DNA of 30,523 nucleotides from assembly GCA_964506825.1 (NCBI GenBank), contig CAZDND010000001.1, forward strand, positions 5,676 through 36,198, read 5' to 3'. Below the pieces are notes generated by a model. The model was not told where the DNA came from. It saw only the letters and a program-made list of their open reading frames with translations, and did not search any database. The position numbers and the translations under genes are program-made. Within the stretch, counting starts at the first letter, position 1. Every line of letters starts with the position of its first letter. Below, piece after piece: positions 16,093 to 25,191 of this stretch. The DNA is from an uncultured Syntrophothermus sp. (GTDB lineage: Bacteria; Bacillota; Syntrophomonadia; Syntrophomonadales; DTU052).

Positions 16093-17727
16093 ATGCAAAA
16101 GCAACCATTGTCTGGGCGTCATGAAGTTGCCAGATTATCCAGAAAGCCAAATACTGAACGAAAAAAGGTGCTTAGTCGGCCGGCCCTGCGAATGCCCGGC
16201 AGAAAACAGTCGCCTTTTGAAACCATTTCTCCCCAAGGCATCCCAGCACTGGCTGCCGATAAGGAATTACTTCAGTTAGTCACCCTTTCTATGGCTCGAA
16301 AGTACCGAGTGTGGCCGATCAGCCGGAAAGGGGATCATCTGCTGGTCGGTATGGCTGATCCAGCAGACTTCAATACCCTTGACGAGCTGCAAATGATAAC
16401 GCGAATGAGGATTTCCGGGCTCAAAGTGCAATCCGAAGTACTAGATCGAATTCTGGATGAAGCCAGTATATCCGTCAATAGTCCCTGGATTGAAGGTGCC
16501 GCCGAGGGGCTCGACAGTATTACCCAGGATATTAAAGTGACCAAGGAAGAAGAACCCCTGGAATCACACAGGGATCCGGTAGTCCGCCTGGTTAATTCGC
16601 TGCTGCAACAGGCGGTCCTATGCGGAGCCAGCGACATTCATCTGGAACCCGAAGAAAAGTCAATGCGGATCAGATTCCGCATTGACGGTGAGCTCACCGA
16701 ACTTGCCCCCCTTCCATCAACTTCAACATCAGCAATCCTGTCGCGAATCAAAATACTAGCTGGTTTGGACATCACTGAAAAAAGGCGCCCCCAAGACGGT
16801 CTGATCAGGCAATCATTTGATAACCGGGAAGTGGGCTTTCGAGTGGCCACGCTGCCCGCAATTACCGGAGAAAAGATCGTCCTGAGAGTCCTTGACCAGC
16901 AGAAAAGCCTTCTGGACCTGGATGGACTTGAACTGGGAAAAACCAGCCATGCGCTCTTCTCCAGTCTGTTGCGGCATCGGGAAGGCCTTATCCTGATTAC
17001 GGGCCCAACCGGGGCCGGCAAGACCAGTACCTTGTACGCCATGTTAAACCAGCTCAATTGCAAGGAAAGAAATATAATCACCCTGGAAGACCCGGTGGAA
17101 TTCGTTTTGCCGGGTCTTACTCAGGTGGCGATCAATCATCGCTCCGGCATCGGATTTGCCGAGGGTTTGCGCCGAGTTTTGCGAGTAGATCCCGACATCA
17201 TCATGGTGGGTGAGATCCGGGATACTGAGACAGCACATCTTGCGGTGCAGGCTTCCGTAAGCGGACATTTGGTACTGGCTACCCTGCATACAGTATCAGC
17301 ATCGGGAGCGGTGACGCGATTATTGGATATGGGGGTAGAGCCATATCTCTTGGGAGCCTCACTCATCGGGGTAGTTTGCCAGCGGTTGGTGAGGGTTCTT
17401 TGTGCTGCATGTCGTGAGAACTACTTGCTGCCGGAAAGGGACGCAATTCACATGGGAATACCGCCGGAATACACCAGATCTTTCTGGCGCAGCCGAGGAT
17501 GCCACCGATGCGGGTACATTGGATATCGCGGAAGACAGATGATCTCTGAGATCCTGGTGGTCGATCAGGAAATCAAGAGTCTCCTGTCCCGGGGGGCTTT
17601 GGAGAGTGAAATTGACCAAGCAGCCAGGAAGAAGGGATTCATTTCTCTATTGGAAGATGGGTTGTTTAAGGTATCGCTGGGGATTACATCTCTGGAAGAA
17701 ATCTTGGGAGCCTTGAGTTATGACTAA
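16093..17727 (+). CDS. pilB: Type IV pilus / T2SS assembly ATPase (PilB/GspE/ComGA family)
   Basis: ASDIHLEP; Walker A GPTGAGKT; TLEDPVE; Walker B DPDIIMVGEIRD; His box GHLVLATLH; CxxC pairs (CAAC, CHRC); N-terminal GSPII_E-like region ending VGMADP. Confidence 0.93.
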   Translation: MQKQPLSGRHEVARLSRKPNTERKKVLSRPALRMPGRKQSPFETISPQGIPALAADKELLQLVTLSMARKYRVWPISRKGDHLLVGMADPADFNTLDELQMITRMRISGLKVQSEVLDRILDEASISVNSPWIEGAAEGLDSITQDIKVTKEEEPLESHRDPVVRLVNSLLQQAVLCGASDIHLEPEEKSMRIRFRIDGELTELAPLPSTSTSAILSRIKILAGLDITEKRRPQDGLIRQSFDNREVGFRVATLPAITGEKIVLRVLDQQKSLLDLDGLELGKTSHALFSSLLRHREGLILITGPTGAGKTSTLYAMLNQLNCKERNIITLEDPVEFVLPGLTQVAINHRSGIGFAEGLRRVLRVDPDIIMVGEIRDTETAHLAVQASVSGHLVLATLHTVSASGAVTRLLDMGVEPYLLGASLIGVVCQRLVRVLCAACRENYLLPERDAIHMGIPPEYTRSFWRSRGCHRCGYIGYRGRQMISEILVVDQEIKSLLSRGALESEIDQAARKKGFISLLEDGLFKVSLGITSLEEILGALSYD

Positions 17728-18919
17728 GAAATACACATATCTCATAATCGATCATGCTCATAACCGCAGGTATGGACGAACCAGAGCTCCCGAATTGGAC
17801 TCTGCGGTAAGACACCTCATTTCTAAGGGCTATTGGGTTTTAGAGGTCAAGGAACAGCGATGGGCAAGACTCCTCAACCGATCAACTTCAAATATCATTG
17901 GTATGGCCGGGGAGAGGGAAGCTATATGGTTTTTCCGACAGATGGAACTCCTGGTGGGGGCTGGATTGCCATTGCTGAGATGTCTGGAAGTCATAAAAAG
18001 CATGGCAAAACCCAAGATGCAGCTGGTCACCGCAAGGATTATCAAGAACTTGGAGCGGGGACAGGCTCTCGCCGAATCCATCGGATCACAAAAGGGAGTA
18101 TTTTCATCGCTGGCGGTGCAAATGATTCGCGGCGGAGAAATGAGTGGAGAACTCGAGTCAGTCTTGTGCCAGCTGGTAGCGTACCTGGAAAAACAGGAGA
18201 AGATAAAAAAGCAGATACGCGGAGCATGCCTTTATCCGGGGATGTTGGCATTATTCTGTTTGGCGGTAACTATATTTCTCATAAGGTATGTCATTCCGCG
18301 AGTGACCAATTTAATGGGCAGCGGGGTATCCCTGCCGCCTCCAATCCTTTGGATACAGGGAATCGGACTGGCCGACATAATTGTCATGGTCATCATAGGT
18401 TTTGCAGCAGTCGTAGTTTGGAAGTCAGGGCTTCGAAATGCCAGTGGACGATTGCTCATGGATCGTCTGATCCTGCAGATACCTCTGGCGGGTCCGGTCG
18501 TCAAGCGAGGTATCGTATCGAGAATGGTCGGCAGTATAGCAATGCTCCAGAAATCCGGGCTGACTATCATCGAGTCCCTGAAAACCGTTGAATCAATGAC
18601 CGAAAACCTGTCAGCCGCCAAGGTGGTTAGTGGGCTTCGCGCCGACATAAATCATGGGATGAGTCTGGGATTGGCGATGCAAAAAAGCGGTTTTTTTGAA
18701 CATACCATAATTCAGATGGTAACCATCGGGGAGGAATCCGGCCGTCTCGATGCAGCTCTCATGAAGGTTTCCAAATACTATGAGGAAGGGGTGGAAGCAA
18801 CCATTAAACGATGGACGACCATGATTGAACCCATACTGATCATTGTAATGGCGGCAATTGTCGGGTTCATCATAGTCGGCACGCTGGTACCAATGTTGGA
18901 CTCCATGGCGGTTTTTTGA
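17720..18919 (+). CDS. pilC: Type IV pilus platform protein (PilC/GspF/ComGB family)
   Basis: Two T2SSF repeats (FFRQMELLVGAGLPL; MIRGGEMSGEL; MVTIGEESGRL) and three TM helices ending IEPILII...LVPM. Confidence 0.93.
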   Translation: MTKKYTYLIIDHAHNRRYGRTRAPELDSAVRHLISKGYWVLEVKEQRWARLLNRSTSNIIGMAGEREAIWFFRQMELLVGAGLPLLRCLEVIKSMAKPKMQLVTARIIKNLERGQALAESIGSQKGVFSSLAVQMIRGGEMSGELESVLCQLVAYLEKQEKIKKQIRGACLYPGMLALFCLAVTIFLIRYVIPRVTNLMGSGVSLPPPILWIQGIGLADIIVMVIIGFAAVVVWKSGLRNASGRLLMDRLILQIPLAGPVVKRGIVSRMVGSIAMLQKSGLTIIESLKTVESMTENLSAAKVVSGLRADINHGMSLGLAMQKSGFFEHTIIQMVTIGEESGRLDAALMKVSKYYEEGVEATIKRWTTMIEPILIIVMAAIVGFIIVGTLVPMLDSMAVF

Positions 18920-18931
18920 TTTGAGAGGAGG

Positions 18932-19294
18932 TTGTGGGAGATGGTTAAAAAATTATGGAGAAAAAGGGTTAAAGACGATCAAGGGTTTACAATTCTGGAG
19001 CTGCTGGCAGTGTTTGCTATTTTGGCGATAATTATTGCCATTGCGGTACCTCGTTACTCAGCTATCGTTGCTGCCAGTAAGACTGAGGCCTGCGCGGCCA
19101 ATATAGAGATGATTTCCAAGGCCGCAGCCATGTACTATGAAATCGAGGACACCAGGCCTGACATCGCTGGACTGGTTGCGGCAGGTTACATCGAAGAACA
19201 GGTAAATTGTCCTTTCTCAGATTTGGCTGCACCCGTTGGATACAGCATCGATGCCACCTCCGGAACGGTAACCTGTCTCAATGTACATCCATAA
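18932..19294 (+). CDS. Probable major type IV pilin (short, 102 aa mature; ComGC/PilA-like)
   Basis: Basic leader ...KDDQG|FTILELLAVFAILAIIIAIAVPRY with F1, E5 and P22; strong RBS GAGGAGG; first pilin after pilC. Confidence 0.9.
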   Translation: MWEMVKKLWRKRVKDDQGFTILELLAVFAILAIIIAIAVPRYSAIVAASKTEACAANIEMISKAAAMYYEIEDTRPDIAGLVAAGYIEEQVNCPFSDLAAPVGYSIDATSGTVTCLNVHP

Positions 19295-19673
19295 TCAATC
19301 CGGCAGTCTTCTGATGGAGGTAATGGCTGCAACCGTGCTGTTGACTCTTTGCGTAGGATCGCTATTCACCATATGCGGCAATTCACTGGTCTGGAATCGT
19401 CAAGCGGCTGACCGAACATCTTCCTTGCTGCTGGCAGCTGACGCTATCGAGCAGTTGAAGTGCCATTCCGAATTGGTGAAGCCAGTGGATGACCTGTCTG
19501 CGGCTGACCTGGGACTTTCGATTGGCCCAAGGGATGAATATTCAATTCGGGTGTCGATTCGGGAATATGATCCCAGCCTGGGGTTATACATTGTAAATGT
19601 AAACAGCTCTTGGAACCGGGGCGGTCGGCTTCGGCAACAGAGCCTGACTGGACTTATCCCAGGAAAATCATAG
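19281..19673 (+). CDS. Minor pilin (PilV/ComGE-like)
   Basis: NQSG|SLLMEVMAATVLL class III signal with E5; A..LAADAIEQLK helix; C-terminal IVNVNSSW strand. Confidence 0.75.
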   Translation: MYIHNQSGSLLMEVMAATVLLTLCVGSLFTICGNSLVWNRQAADRTSSLLLAADAIEQLKCHSELVKPVDDLSAADLGLSIGPRDEYSIRVSIREYDPSLGLYIVNVNSSWNRGGRLRQQSLTGLIPGKS

Positions 19674-19701
19674 CGGTTGAGGCCACCCGGGAGAACAGAT
19701 T

Positions 19702-20181
19702 ATGAAAACTGTTGAACTTATGGACAACGTCCATAGATGTGTGTTCACGCAGAAGGGCAATACTTTGGTAGAACTCCTGGCTTATCTGGCCATCACCGGC
19801 ATGCTGATGGCGGCGTTGGGCGGTGTTATGATTAACGGTTGGCGGGCTTATGAAAGCATCGACAATTATGCTGAACTGCAGGAAAACGCCAGGGCAGGTA
19901 TGGGAATGATTGCACGTGATGTGCAGCTTTGCGGAAACGTCCTCTCGGCACAGAACGGAGTGATCGATATGACTGGCAGTGATGGCTACAACCTCAAGTA
20001 CCGTACGGCGGACAGGACTCTGTACCGGGTTGCCAAAGGAACGGCTAATCCAGTGTGTATTAATGTTGAGCGGTTTGAGGTCGCTGAAGGACCGCCCGAT
20101 ACAGTTAGGATCCTTCTGGAGACACAAAACCAGGGAAGAAGCTATTTACTGCAAACCCGGGTTGCGCGGGTGGGAGATTGA
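19702..20181 (+). CDS. Minor pilin (PilW/PulJ/ComGF-like)
   Basis: TQKG|NTLVELLAYLAITGML with E5; LQENARAGMGMIARDV helix. Confidence 0.8.
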   Translation: MKTVELMDNVHRCVFTQKGNTLVELLAYLAITGMLMAALGGVMINGWRAYESIDNYAELQENARAGMGMIARDVQLCGNVLSAQNGVIDMTGSDGYNLKYRTADRTLYRVAKGTANPVCINVERFEVAEGPPDTVRILLETQNQGRSYLLQTRVARVGD

Positions 20182-20200
20182 CCGAAGGCCGTGACTTGAT

Positions 20201-21298
20201 ATGCGGCATCTGATGGTGGTGAAGGGAGGAACGGGGGCTATCGAACGTGGATCGGTGCTGTTGACGGCATTGTTTACAATTCTGGTCCTGATGCTGATAG
20301 CGATGGCTGCCGCAAGCATAGGACATTTGGAAGCAACTATCGCAAGCCGGTATGCACGGTCGGTTCAGGCCGATTACCTCCTTCAGGCAGCCATTGAAAG
20401 AGTCCGGTTGATCATAGGAAACAATCCCGCCGTTTTGGACGATCCGACCCATCAATATGGATTGGTAGTAAATGAACCAGAGCTTAACGGGCGGGTGGAT
20501 GTGACGGTCACGCGGCCTACAGCCGATGGGCTCATCCTGGTGGAAGGCACAGTGATCCTGGCGGATGGGTCCAGAAAAAGCCTTCAGGCCGCGATGACGG
20601 CTCCTCCCGATTTCGAAGTCTACTGCGAAAGGATCCAGGCGGAAACCAATATCGATCTAGAGGGAATTCTTTATGAATTTGGGCTGGGGATACCCCTTGG
20701 TTTAACCCAGGGGGGCGGTGGGATAGTCTTTGAAGAATTGGTAAAGGCGGCCTGCCAGGAATATATCGGGGATGAAACATTACTGGGAGCAGCATCTATA
20801 ACCCGTCGCTATCAACCGCCGTCGGTAGACATCGATTTCTGGCGTAAGGCTGCCCTGGATCAGGAACTCTTTTGGGACGGCTATGCTTACACTTATTTCG
20901 ACACCAGCACCATTCTGGCAACACCCCTGGAAGACGTCATCTATGCCGTCGATGGCGATGTATTGATATATTCGGATGATACCAGTTTGGTCATGACTGA
21001 CAGCCTGATAATTGCCTCCGGGAACGTATCAATAATCAATGCCGGAACGGAGCCAACCAACATTGCCGGATTGATATTGGCTGGGGGGGATATCAACCTG
21101 TTCCAGGCTGCAAACACCATGCAGGTGGGGGCAAGTCTATGTGCCGGAGCGGACCTGAATATGTGCACCGGGGACGTCACCAGTCAGATTAATATGAGGC
21201 ACTGGGGCTTGAGTGGCTTCCTGGAACAATTGCCACCTTCTATTGACAGCAGGGCGGGATTTCTATCCATAACGGCGCTAAAAGAAATCTACAAATAG
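20201..21298 (+). CDS. PilX/GspK-like large minor pilin with C-terminal repeat domain
   Basis: ERG|SVLLTALFTILVLMLIAMAA lacks E5, as is typical of PilX/GspK; QADYLLQAAIE helix; last of the pilin genes. Exact start uncertain. Confidence 0.75.
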   Translation: MRHLMVVKGGTGAIERGSVLLTALFTILVLMLIAMAAASIGHLEATIASRYARSVQADYLLQAAIERVRLIIGNNPAVLDDPTHQYGLVVNEPELNGRVDVTVTRPTADGLILVEGTVILADGSRKSLQAAMTAPPDFEVYCERIQAETNIDLEGILYEFGLGIPLGLTQGGGGIVFEELVKAACQEYIGDETLLGAASITRRYQPPSVDIDFWRKAALDQELFWDGYAYTYFDTSTILATPLEDVIYAVDGDVLIYSDDTSLVMTDSLIIASGNVSIINAGTEPTNIAGLILAGGDINLFQAANTMQVGASLCAGADLNMCTGDVTSQINMRHWGLSGFLEQLPPSIDSRAGFLSITALKEIYK

Positions 21299-21310
21299 GA
21301 GAGATTCGAA

Positions 21311-22390
21311 ATGAGGCCATTCAGGAGAAACAAGGCGGTGGGGCTGGGGCTGGCCTTCGGCAGGAAAAAGGTCCGCATAGCCAGTCTGGAGCAGTCTTCG
21401 TCAGGCTTGCATATGGCAACATATGGGGAAAGGGAGTACCCGGAAAAGGGCCAGGATCCTATCCGCGGCAGGGCCTGGGAAATAAACGCTGGAGTTGTGG
21501 GCGATTTGTTGAATTCTCTGGCGATTGCAAAACGCCGGGTGGTCGTGGCTATGCCCAATTACAGCTGTTTCGTCCGAAACGTCACGGTTCCCAGTATGAA
21601 GTTCTCGGAAGTGATCAAAGCTGCCAGGTATCAAGCGTTTTCGGTCCTGCCCTTGCCTCTGGAAGATATCGTGGCTGAGGTATGCAGCATTCGGCGATTG
21701 GCTGATGGCATGCTCGAAGCCACCATTGTTGCTGCACGTAAGGATGAGGTGGCCCAATTGATAAGACTGGTGGAATTGGCAGGATTGGAACCAGTGGGCA
21801 TTGAACTGCAGGCTTTGGCAATTCGCAGAGCCCTGGCGCTCAAGCAAGATTCTCAAGTGCTGCTGGAGCTGGAAAATAGACTCTTGACGGTATCATACTT
21901 TGACAAAGGACTCTTGAGGTTCTCACGACAATCTGCATTGGCGGAATCAGACACATCGGTCCTGCTGGATAACAGACCGGGTAACTCACAGCCACCAGGC
22001 AGCGCTAGTTACCATTATTCAATGGCAAGCGACGGTACTAAAGATGGGGCTGGGTTCGCAAGGCCTGGAGCCGTCTATGAAAGGAGAGGGGAGTATGACC
22101 CACATGGGGGCGGCACTCAAGAGAAATCGAGGGTTTTATCGGAATTGGATCGGACCATAGATTATTGGGGACGGGATAATGGGAAACAGTTAGAGGTCGA
22201 AGGGGTAGTAGTGGTTGGGTCCGATGAAGCGGACATCGATTTGGTCGCAGAATGCATGCTGATGCCGGAAGCTCGCCGGGGTGATCCATGGACCATCCTG
22301 AAGCCGCCAGGGGGAAGCAATGGAGAAACCAAAATGGATTTGGGCGATAGTTATTTGGCTGCCATAGGCTTGGCGGCGAGGAGAATATGA
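21311..22390 (+). CDS. pilM: PilM-like cytoplasmic alignment protein (actin/FtsA fold)
   Basis: Segments RRVVVAMPNYSCFVRNVTVP, LPLPLEDIV, VAARKDEV..L..L.ELAGLEPVGIE..ALA, ELDRTIDYW and YLAAIGLAAR. Confidence 0.82.
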   Translation: MRPFRRNKAVGLGLAFGRKKVRIASLEQSSSGLHMATYGEREYPEKGQDPIRGRAWEINAGVVGDLLNSLAIAKRRVVVAMPNYSCFVRNVTVPSMKFSEVIKAARYQAFSVLPLPLEDIVAEVCSIRRLADGMLEATIVAARKDEVAQLIRLVELAGLEPVGIELQALAIRRALALKQDSQVLLELENRLLTVSYFDKGLLRFSRQSALAESDTSVLLDNRPGNSQPPGSASYHYSMASDGTKDGAGFARPGAVYERRGEYDPHGGGTQEKSRVLSELDRTIDYWGRDNGKQLEVEGVVVVGSDEADIDLVAECMLMPEARRGDPWTILKPPGGSNGETKMDLGDSYLAAIGLAARRI

Positions 22391-22941
22391 AGGCAGTTCA
22401 ACAGGATCGGAGTTATGAAATTAACCTCATTTCTGCGGATAAAGTACCGGTTGGATGGGGAGGCAGGAAATTCCCAACGGCGATGCTGGGATTGGGAGTA
22501 ATCTTTTTGTGTATGCTATGGGGTGTCTTGTGGGGCGTATTATATTTTCAGGTGAAACAGCAGCAGCTTGAAATAGATGGACTGCAAAGGAGCAGCCTAC
22601 TCCTAGCCGATGATTGGAACCAAAGCCAGATCGTCGACATGAAGAAAGAGTTGGCAGACCATCAAGTGATCATCGACGAGGTCAAAAAGGGTATCATCCA
22701 TCCTTCTGAAGGGTTGGCATTGATACAAGCAGCGGCTCCTCCCGGGTTGGTACTGGAGGATATTTCCCTGGAGGTGGATCAGGTGGTCTGTAAGGGAGTA
22801 GCGATGGATATGGCACAACTAACCGATTATATGCTGGCATTGGAAATGACAGCTATCTTGGAACCCCCTGTCTGCCGATGTGCGGAAAATACCCTCAAGG
22901 GAGTCGAGTTCGAATTGATGTCCGTCCTGACCAAGCCATAG
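22387..22941 (+). CDS. pilN: PilN-like bitopic protein
   Basis: N-terminal EINL motif (INLLP-like), single TM helix, coiled coil and PilN-like domain; ATGA overlap with pilM. Confidence 0.75.
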   Translation: MKAVQQDRSYEINLISADKVPVGWGGRKFPTAMLGLGVIFLCMLWGVLWGVLYFQVKQQQLEIDGLQRSSLLLADDWNQSQIVDMKKELADHQVIIDEVKKGIIHPSEGLALIQAAAPPGLVLEDISLEVDQVVCKGVAMDMAQLTDYMLALEMTAILEPPVCRCAENTLKGVEFELMSVLTKP

Positions 22942-22948
22942 GGGGTGC

Positions 22949-23521
22949 ATGGTGAGCAAATCTTGGCAAACACTATACATTTTAACCATCATTATTTTTA
23001 TTTTTGGAACCGTCAATTATTTGATGCCCCTGGTTGAACAAAGAAAAGCCAACGAAAAAGTGATCGTTGCCCTGGACTCCCAAACAGATCCCCTCAGCAG
23101 AGAAACGCAAATCCGGCAAATTCGATTACAGACTGAGAAACTCAGTCAACGTTCCCGGGAACTGGATAAGGCCATACCCTCGCGCATGGGAAATGCAGAA
23201 ATGATTCGCCAAATATCTGAAGCCGCGCTAAGGCATGGTTTGTATCAAAAGAGTATCAAAGAAAACCTGGAGGCGCCCAACCTGGATGAAAAAGACATCG
23301 GGCCTAAGAACCTTCGAAGCACACTGCTGGTGTGGTCAGGATCCGGGGGGCAGCAAGAGTTCATGTCCTTTCTTGAAGAAATCGAATCATCAGTCAGGTT
23401 GTGTCAGATTACCGATATCATGATGTCCCGCCGGGCCGACGAAGCGGAACCTCAGGAGCCCGAAGCTCATTTCAACATTACCTTTCATCTGCGGAGCTTC
23501 TGTTATCAGATCACGCCTTGA
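22949..23521 (+). CDS. pilO: PilO-like bitopic protein
   Basis: N-terminal TM, coiled coil, LDKAIPS and FMSFLEEIESSVRLCQITDI pattern; follows pilN. Confidence 0.75.
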   Translation: MVSKSWQTLYILTIIIFIFGTVNYLMPLVEQRKANEKVIVALDSQTDPLSRETQIRQIRLQTEKLSQRSRELDKAIPSRMGNAEMIRQISEAALRHGLYQKSIKENLEAPNLDEKDIGPKNLRSTLLVWSGSGGQQEFMSFLEEIESSVRLCQITDIMMSRRADEAEPQEPEAHFNITFHLRSFCYQITP

Positions 23522-23566
23522 AGACTCTGGTACGTCCAGTATATATTGGCCGAAACCGACAGCCTG

Positions 23567-23599
23567 TAATGGATTGACTACATTATGGTATGCTATTAT
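23567..23599 (+). promoter_or_regulatory. Possible promoter/operator for tldD
   Basis: Extended -10 TG-C-TATTAT (23591-23599). TTGACT at 23574 is only 14 nt away, which is suboptimal. Inverted repeat TAATG-N9-CATTA (23567-23585). Confidence 0.3.
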
Positions 23600-23678
23600 T
23601 TGAGAGGTTTGGTTGTGACTGCCCATTCATATCGGGCATCCGACTATCTTATCCGAACCCAAATAGGAGGAATACGCC

Positions 23679-25097
23679 ATGCTGGATAACAGACTCCTGT
23701 CCCGGGTAATCGAAACCGCTTTGAAAAAAGGCGGGGATTTCGCGGATGTCTACGTGGAGAAGAAAAGCTTGTCCGGGATACTATGTGAGGACGAAAAGAT
23801 AGAGAAAGTAAACTCCGGCCGGGAATTTGGAGCCGGGATCAGGGTGGTGGCCGATGGCAACACCGCCTATGCTTACACGAATAACCTTAGCGAACAAGGG
23901 TTGCTGGAGACCGCTCGTACGGTAGCCCATGCGGCCTCCGGAGCGGATCGGGACATTACTATCAAATTGAAATCACGCTCTTCGAAGCTGGAACTGCCGT
24001 TCATGAAAATGCCCGAGCAGGTTCCTTTTGATGATAAAGTCCAGACCTTGCTGGCGGCTGACCGGGCGGCCCGTTCCGTTGGTCCGGAAATAAGGCAGGT
24101 TACGGTTTCCATGGCTGATCTGCACAAAACCGTACAGATTGCCAATTCACTTGGTGAGTTGGTGGAAGATGAAGTGGTACGCAACCGCTTTGTGGTGAAC
24201 GCCGTCTCGAGTCGCGGTGAAATTATCCAGACCGGATTTGAAGCCATCGGCGGGGTGGTGGGCTGGGAATTGGTGGAGGAAACCGATATCGAGGAATTGG
24301 CCCGGCAAGCTGCCCAACGGGCAGTGATGATGCTGGATGCCCGACCCGCTCCAGCCGGAAGGATGCCGGTGGTAATGGCCAAGGAAGCCGGGGGCACCAT
24401 GATTCATGAAGCCTGCGGTCACGGATTGGAAGCAGACATCGTACAAAAGGGTTTGTCGGTATACTCCCATCCTGGGGATCAGGTGGCGGCGCCAGTGGTC
24501 AGTGTGATCGATGATTCCAGCATAGCGGGTAAAAACGGATATCTGAGATTTGACGATGAAGGCACTCCCGGACGCAAGAATGTCCTGATAGAAAAAGGGG
24601 TGCTCCAGGGATATATGCATGACCGGATCACCGCCGGCAAAGCCGGAGTTGAACCTACCGGCAATGGCCGCCGGGAGTCCTACCAGCACAAACCGATTCC
24701 GCGCATGACCAATACCTACATTGCATCCGGAGATGAAGACCCGGATAGGATTATCGGTGATACCCACCGTGGATTATTGGTTCGGAAAATGGGGGGTGGA
24801 CAGGTGAATACCACCACCGGAGACTTCGTATTTGATGTGCAAGAGGGATACATAATCGAAAACGGGGAAGTCAAGTACCCGGTTCGAGGGGCTACCCTGA
24901 CCGGTAACGGGCCCGAGGTCTTGAGGAATATTGACCTGGTTGGCACTGATTTGGGATTTGGAATCGGAACCTGCGGCAAAGATGGCCAAGGGGTTCCGGT
25001 GGCTGACGCTCAGCCCACCATCCGCATTAAGAGTATGACGGTTGGGGGGACTATGTCATCCAACGGTCCTGGGATCAAAAAAATCCGCCGGATGTAA
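23679..25097 (+). CDS. tldD: TldD metalloprotease subunit
   Basis: GGDFADVYVE, HEACGHGLEAD (HExxxH), FDDEG, PIPRMTNTY and CGKDGQGVPV motifs; RBS AGGAGG. Confidence 0.95.
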   Translation: MLDNRLLSRVIETALKKGGDFADVYVEKKSLSGILCEDEKIEKVNSGREFGAGIRVVADGNTAYAYTNNLSEQGLLETARTVAHAASGADRDITIKLKSRSSKLELPFMKMPEQVPFDDKVQTLLAADRAARSVGPEIRQVTVSMADLHKTVQIANSLGELVEDEVVRNRFVVNAVSSRGEIIQTGFEAIGGVVGWELVEETDIEELARQAAQRAVMMLDARPAPAGRMPVVMAKEAGGTMIHEACGHGLEADIVQKGLSVYSHPGDQVAAPVVSVIDDSSIAGKNGYLRFDDEGTPGRKNVLIEKGVLQGYMHDRITAGKAGVEPTGNGRRESYQHKPIPRMTNTYIASGDEDPDRIIGDTHRGLLVRKMGGGQVNTTTGDFVFDVQEGYIIENGEVKYPVRGATLTGNGPEVLRNIDLVGTDLGFGIGTCGKDGQGVPVADAQPTIRIKSMTVGGTMSSNGPGIKKIRRM

Positions 25098-25191
25098 ATG
25101 CCCAACGGTTAACCATCCATCTAAACTGGGGACGGAGTACCCCGTCAGCGGATAAAAAGTGGCATATTGTGTCAATGAGGGGGGTCATAGC

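Noticed and set aside
17833-18591. 252-aa same-strand alternative-frame ORF inside pilC
   Set aside because: Entirely nested in a clear pilC, with no motifs or RBS; most likely a by-product of codon bias.
18932-19294. Electrically conductive (e-pilin) interpretation, tempting given the short pilin and neighbouring aro genes
   Set aside because: The mature pilin has 8 F/Y/W in 102 aa (about 8%). It has F1, Y24, Y50 and Y51 but lacks aromatics at positions 27, 32 and 57, so it falls short of the commonly used e-pilin criteria.
25126-25148. GGGGACGG...CCCCGTCAG resembling guanidine-II or c-di-AMP riboswitch fragments
   Set aside because: No paired ACGR-loop hairpins and none of the other ydaO conserved blocks; treated as a simple intergenic stem.
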